The notes beneath the pieces are model-generated. The model saw nothing but the letters and a program-made list of their open reading frames with translations, was not told the DNA's origin and ran no database searches. The position numbers were made by a program, and so were the translations under genes. A stretch of DNA of 63,591 nucleotides, counting the filler. It is 7 parts of 7 records of this genome, joined end to end, with 100 filler letters (N's around TTAATTAATTAA, not from the genome) between each part and the next. Parts side by side here need not be neighbours in the genome. Positions count along the whole stretch, not along the records: positions 57,981 to 63,591 come from SRR31156797_25137; 6 more parts are not named here. The stretch is one strand, 5' to 3'. Shown piece after piece: positions 59,481 through 63,591 of the stretch (its first letter is position 1; every line of letters starts with the position of its first letter).

Positions 59481-60884
59481 TCAGACCGAGAAGGTGGTCT
59501 GTTTCTTGTTCAGACGGCGGCGGGAGGCCAGGATCTCATCCCCGTAGGAGTCGAGGATGTGCTTCAGCTTCTCCCTGAGAACGGGCATGCCGAAGGCTCG
59601 TTCCATGGCGTTGAAGCTGTTCTCGGTCATCACCGCCCGGACAGCGGGCTCTGTTACAATCTGATAAATCTGCTCCAGAGAGTTCTCGGGAATGATCAGG
59701 CGACCGGTCTCGTCATAATCGTCGCGGATCTCCACGCACTCCAGTCCGCGGCTCATGATGTCGGTCTTGTAGACCAGATAGGTGGCCACGGCCAGGGGCA
59801 CCCGGGCGGCCACGGTCTCGAGGAGGGCGTTGCCGAAGCCCTCCCAGATGGGGAGGTAGGTGACGAAGTCGGCGTTCACCAGAACGTCCCGGTTGGTATA
59901 GAGCTTGCGGCCCTTGCCGTCCTTCCCCCTGACGGAGGCGACCCTTTCGGCGATCAGGTCCAGCTTCACCCCTTCGGCGTCGGCCAGGGCCTGGATCTGG
60001 TGCACATAGCTGTCGTCCAGCTCGTCCCCCTGATAGAGGGAGATGACGAAGCGGGTCTTCTCCTTCAGCTCGGGGTATCTCTTCTGAAAGCGGGAGACCA
60101 GGATGATGGAATCCTCGATCCTTTTGCGGGGAACGATCCTTGTGGGCTGGAGGAAGAGGATATCGTCGGCGGCGTAGCCCAGCTCCTTCCGGAAGTCGCT
60201 GTTGTACTCGTCCCTGACGGGGGGGACGGAAAAATCCTCGCAGTTGGGAACGATGTGGGGGTTCACCCTCCGGATGGTCCGCAGGTTGTGGGCCGCATAG
60301 GAGGATATGACCACATGCTCCAGGGAGGGGTCTACGGGGGGCATGATCTCCTTCAGCAGATCCTCCATATGATTGCCGCTGAACCGGCTGCGCTCCCACC
60401 AAAAATCGTGATGGTGGAAGATCACGGCGGTCTTGTACTCGGAGCTCAGCTTGTGGACGGCCAGCCCCCCGATCAGGGTCATGGGCATGGCGTTTGTGTT
60501 CTGGGCGATCAGGCAGTCGATCCTGTTCTCCATGATAAAGTGGTGGATCTCTTCCGCGGCCTCGCTTCCCTTCAGCTCCAGGGCTTCCATCAGCTCGCCG
60601 CGCTCGCTGGAACTGCTGCTGTTCTTGTTCCCCGGAACGATATGGGGAAACATCACCGGCTCGATGCCCTTCTGGAACTCGAAATCAAAGCGGAGAGAGG
60701 GCACCGTCAGCCGCCGTTCGACGGGGACCAGGGGCAGGTCTGCGGCGTAGTGTCCCGCCACGGTATAGATCTCGTGTCCCATGTCCTGAAGGGTTTCGAT
60801 CCACTTATCCACCTCGAGGGAGACGCCGTCCACATCACCCAGCTTGCCGCATACTACGGCTAATCTGTACGTATTTTTCATCAC
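59481..60884 (-). CDS. GT4 glycosyltransferase, mannosylglucosylglycerate synthase (MggS)-like
   Basis: 'DGVSLEVDKW', 'HHHDFWWER', 'LQPTRIVPRKRIE', 'ADFVTY..EGFGNALLE', matching the Thermotogae MggS motif set as I recall it. Confidence 0.75.
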   Translation of the reverse strand: MMKNTYRLAVVCGKLGDVDGVSLEVDKWIETLQDMGHEIYTVAGHYAADLPLVPVERRLTVPSLRFDFEFQKGIEPVMFPHIVPGNKNSSSSSERGELMEALELKGSEAAEEIHHFIMENRIDCLIAQNTNAMPMTLIGGLAVHKLSSEYKTAVIFHHHDFWWERSRFSGNHMEDLLKEIMPPVDPSLEHVVISSYAAHNLRTIRRVNPHIVPNCEDFSVPPVRDEYNSDFRKELGYAADDILFLQPTRIVPRKRIEDSIILVSRFQKRYPELKEKTRFVISLYQGDELDDSYVHQIQALADAEGVKLDLIAERVASVRGKDGKGRKLYTNRDVLVNADFVTYLPIWEGFGNALLETVAARVPLAVATYLVYKTDIMSRGLECVEIRDDYDETGRLIIPENSLEQIYQIVTEPAVRAVMTENSFNAMERAFGMPVLREKLKHILDSYGDEILASRRRLNKKQTTFSV

Positions 60885-60944
60885 GATCGGAAAATCCTTT
60901 GCATTCCTTCTTTGAATTGTTTTTTCTATAGTTCGTAAGTATAT

Positions 60945-60971
60945 AAAAAAAACCGGGACGATGTCCCGGTT
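60945..60971 (-). terminator. Terminator after ABC permeases
   Basis: A-tract-CCGGGAC-GAT-GTCCCGG. Confidence 0.75.
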
Positions 60972-60997
60972 GGAATCACCTATAATCGGTATATTTT

Positions 60998-61960
60998 CTA
61001 TTCTTTCACACCGCCCTCTGACATACCGCCCACCAGGTTCTTCTGAACCAGCATGAACAGGGCGATAACGGGAGCGGCCGTCAGTACGGAGGCCGCCATG
61101 ATCCTGTCCCAGACGGCGTTCTTGGATACGAACAGGGCCTGCAGCCCCATGGGAAGGGTGTAAAGGTTTTTGAAGCCCTTCAGGAAGACAGAAGCGAACA
61201 GGTATTCGTTCCAGGCGATCATGAAGGAGTAGATATACACCGTCACGATGGCCGAGATGGAGAGGGGGATGATGATCCTCCAGATGGTCCCGAAGCGGCT
61301 GGAACCTTCGATCATCGCCGCCTCCTCGATGGAATAGGGGATGGTCCTGAAAAAGTTGCCCAGCATATAGAGGGAGACCGGCAGGGTCTGGACCATGTAG
61401 ATGATCAGGAGGGAGGCGAAGGTGCCCCCTCTTGTGGCCAGCAGTCCCATGCCGACGCAGACCTTGTAAAGGGGGATCAGCAGCAGGATGCCTCCGAACA
61501 TATAGACGAAGAGCACCCCCCTCTGGATAACCGGCCTTCCGGGGTAGCGCAGGCGGCTGAAGGAGTAGGCCCCCAGGATGGCGATGATCACCGACATCAG
61601 GGCGGCCACGCTGGCCAGGATCAGGGAGTTCATAAAGTAGCGGGGAAAGGGAAAGACGTCTCCGCTGGACTTGTATTTTTCCAGGATGGTCTGTTTCTGG
61701 GCCTTCGTCATATCGGGAGTGTTCTCCAGAAGCTCGATGATAGACTCGGGAACGTTCTTCATATCCTGTCCGAGATTCAGCAGCTCCCTATAGGCCTCCG
61801 TGTTGATCTGGGTGGGGATCAGGGAAGGATTTCCCCAGTCCCACTGATACTTGAGGCTTATGGAGAGCATCTGAAAGAAGGGAAAGATGCTGAAGATGAC
61901 GATGAAGAGCACCAGAAGGACGAAGCCGATCCGGCGCAGGGGGGTTCTTTTTTCTACCAC
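60998..61960 (-). CDS. Carbohydrate ABC transporter permease (MalG/YcjP-like)
   Basis: EAA loop 'IEEAAMIEGSS', 'AWNEYLFA'. Confidence 0.93.
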   Translation of the reverse strand: MVEKRTPLRRIGFVLLVLFIVIFSIFPFFQMLSISLKYQWDWGNPSLIPTQINTEAYRELLNLGQDMKNVPESIIELLENTPDMTKAQKQTILEKYKSSGDVFPFPRYFMNSLILASVAALMSVIIAILGAYSFSRLRYPGRPVIQRGVLFVYMFGGILLLIPLYKVCVGMGLLATRGGTFASLLIIYMVQTLPVSLYMLGNFFRTIPYSIEEAAMIEGSSRFGTIWRIIIPLSISAIVTVYIYSFMIAWNEYLFASVFLKGFKNLYTLPMGLQALFVSKNAVWDRIMAASVLTAAPVIALFMLVQKNLVGGMSEGGVKE

Positions 61961-62841
61961 TTGAGTACCCTCTTTACATAGACAAGGATGAAGCCGATGA
62001 GGAGGATGAACTGGATCAGCGCCAGGGCCGACCCCTGTCCCATATCCATGGTTCCCACAAAGGCCTTGAAGTAGGTGTAAACGGACAATACCTTCACGTT
62101 TTTTGAGAGAAGGAAGATTTCTTCAAACTTATTGAAGTTCCAGATCACCCGCAGCAGGATGATGGAACCGGTGATAAAGTAGATCTCGGGCAGGGTGATG
62201 GCCTTGAACTTCTGCCATCCCGAGGCTCCGTCCACTTCGGCGGCCTCGTAGAGGTTCTTGTCGATGCCCTGGAGTCGGGAGAGGATCATCAGGTAGGTGA
62301 AGGGGAAATTCTTCCAGATACTGAAGATGATGGCGACCCATACGGCGGAGGCGGGGGAGCCGATCAGGTTGACCCTTTCGCCCAGTATGCCCAGCCTCTC
62401 CACCAGAACGTCCATGACGATGCCGTTGACGGGATCGAAGATAAACTGCCAGGCGAAGACCACGGAGATGACCGGGGCCACATAGGGAAAGAGCACAAGG
62501 CTTCTTACCAGTCCCCTCAGGGGGAACTCGCGGTTCATGACCAGGGCGACGATCAGACCGAAAAGGGTGGTGCCCACGGTGGTGAAGAAAACGTAGACGA
62601 CCGTGGTTCCCACGGACTTCCAGAAGAAGGCGTCGGTCACTACGGCCCTGTGATTCTCAAGGCCGATAAAGGTGTTGGCGTCGCTGAGGTTCACATCGAA
62701 GAAACTCAGGAAGACGTTATAGACGATCGGGTATAAAATCAGGGCCAGAATGATGAAGACAGCGGGGAACACCAGGGCCCAGCCGAGGTAAACCTCCCTT
62801 CTGTTCTGCCCCAGACCGACAGTCGGTGCTAAAGATTTCAT
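61954..62841 (-). CDS. Carbohydrate ABC transporter permease (MalF/YcjO-like)
   Basis: 'LYEAAEVDGAS', 'WQFIFDPVNG', 'ITLP'. Confidence 0.93.
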   Translation of the reverse strand: MKSLAPTVGLGQNRREVYLGWALVFPAVFIILALILYPIVYNVFLSFFDVNLSDANTFIGLENHRAVVTDAFFWKSVGTTVVYVFFTTVGTTLFGLIVALVMNREFPLRGLVRSLVLFPYVAPVISVVFAWQFIFDPVNGIVMDVLVERLGILGERVNLIGSPASAVWVAIIFSIWKNFPFTYLMILSRLQGIDKNLYEAAEVDGASGWQKFKAITLPEIYFITGSIILLRVIWNFNKFEEIFLLSKNVKVLSVYTYFKAFVGTMDMGQGSALALIQFILLIGFILVYVKRVLKW

Positions 62842-62966
62842 AGGTATTACTCCGGAATTGGACGCCCCCCTCCCCTTTCGACCGTTCGGGTTTACCGGGG
62901 AAGGCAGACGCCGTTCTCGCTCGCAACGCCCCTCTCCTCAGGGGAGAGGGACGATATCGGATCTGC

Positions 62967-63590
62967 TTATTTCAGCTTGGCCATTTCAGCTTCGGCCCAG
63001 GACATGGCCTTGTCCACGTCCATGCCTTCCTGAGTGATCTTGTAGAGCATCTGGGGGATGATCTGCTTGGAGTAGATGGTACTGGCCGCGGCGATGCGCT
63101 TGCCCTCTACGATGCTGAAGGTTTCGATGTTATCCAGACCGGCGATGATCTCGGCCATCTTCTCTTTGCCGTAGTTCTTGAAGATTCCCTTGGGATCGTT
63201 CTGGAAGCGCTCGTTAACGGCGATGTCCTTGAGGACGGGATTCATTCCGCCGGGGGCCATGTGCAGCCAGGTGATGTAGGCGTTGGGAGTCAGCAGGTAG
63301 CGCATGAACTTCTCGGCGGCCGCGGTCTTGGCGGCGTCTTCCTGCTTGGGGAAGGCCATGGAATTGATAACGCCGAATCCGGCGTCTTCGCTGTTGCTTA
63401 CGGTAGAGGCCATTCTGGTGTTCTTTACCAGATCGGGGTCGAAGCTTCCGCCCGCCAGCTCGGCGAAGTTTTCGGATGTAAGAGATCCGGCGGCTACCTC
63501 GGCCAGGGCCAGGTCGTCCATGATGTAGGTGGAGTAGAAGAACATGGCCATCTTGCCCTGGAGGTAGTAGTCTCTGGCTCTCCAGGTCTG
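62967..63590 (-). CDS. Sugar ABC transporter solute-binding protein (5' truncated)
   Basis: Frame open to the window end: 'QTWRARDYYLQGKMAMFFYSTY...'; C-terminal 'VDKAMSWAEAEM'; precedes two permeases. Confidence 0.85.
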   Translation of the reverse strand, partial: QTWRARDYYLQGKMAMFFYSTYIMDDLALAEVAAGSLTSENFAELAGGSFDPDLVKNTRMASTVSNSEDAGFGVINSMAFPKQEDAAKTAAAEKFMRYLLTPNAYITWLHMAPGGMNPVLKDIAVNERFQNDPKGIFKNYGKEKMAEIIAGLDNIETFSIVEGKRIAAASTIYSKQIIPQMLYKITQEGMDVDKAMSWAEAEMAKLK

Positions 63591-63591
63591 G

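Noticed and set aside
59388-60863. 491-aa + strand ORF (also 58034-59032, 58299-58901, 59713-60402)
   Set aside because: Shadow or alternative-frame ORFs over the GT4 and SSS genes in high-GC DNA.

Overview
This window is not one genomic locus. It holds seven unrelated contigs joined by six artificial 100-nt spacers (N44-TTAATTAATTAA-N44), probably from an anaerobic marine or sediment metagenome; all taxonomic assignments below are inferred from composition and protein style. (1) 1-9895, Bacteroidota-like: GNAT, two SDRs with a TetR and two matching operators, two hairpin MITE-like elements, a beta-propeller/transglutaminase, an EamA transporter and an uncalled 36-aa membrane peptide. (2) 9996-17953, Bacteroidota-like: a large repeat/lamin-tail surface protein, asd, hflX, tonB and a partial tRNA-Ala. 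(3) 18054-37226, low-GC (Fusobacteriota- or Clostridia-like): a MarR-MATE module with three perfect operators, plus an ~18 kb arabinan locus (three GH43, GH51, GH127/146, GH27, a divergent clan GH-A enzyme, an esterase, a stand-alone CBM-like lipoprotein, an RCC1 lipoprotein and an ArsR-type regulator). (4) 37327-44416, Bacteroidota-like: ECF sigma, Spy/CnrX-like sensor, putative anti-sigma, Fe-S membrane protein and T9SS cargo, plus partial tpiA. (5) 44517-52251, Desulfovibrio-like: two paralogous MCPs and class III nrdD under a cobalamin riboswitch. (6) 52352-57880, Fusobacteriota: MORN lipoprotein, fprA, lgt, lysC and partial thrB. (7) 57981-63591, high-GC, possibly a spirochaete: sugar ABC importer, MggS-like GT4 and a sodium:solute symporter. 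The most interesting candidates are the lipoprotein-based arabinan capture system, the ABC importer/MggS compatible-solute salvage locus and the ECF metal/redox module. No CRISPR array, rRNA or transposase was seen.
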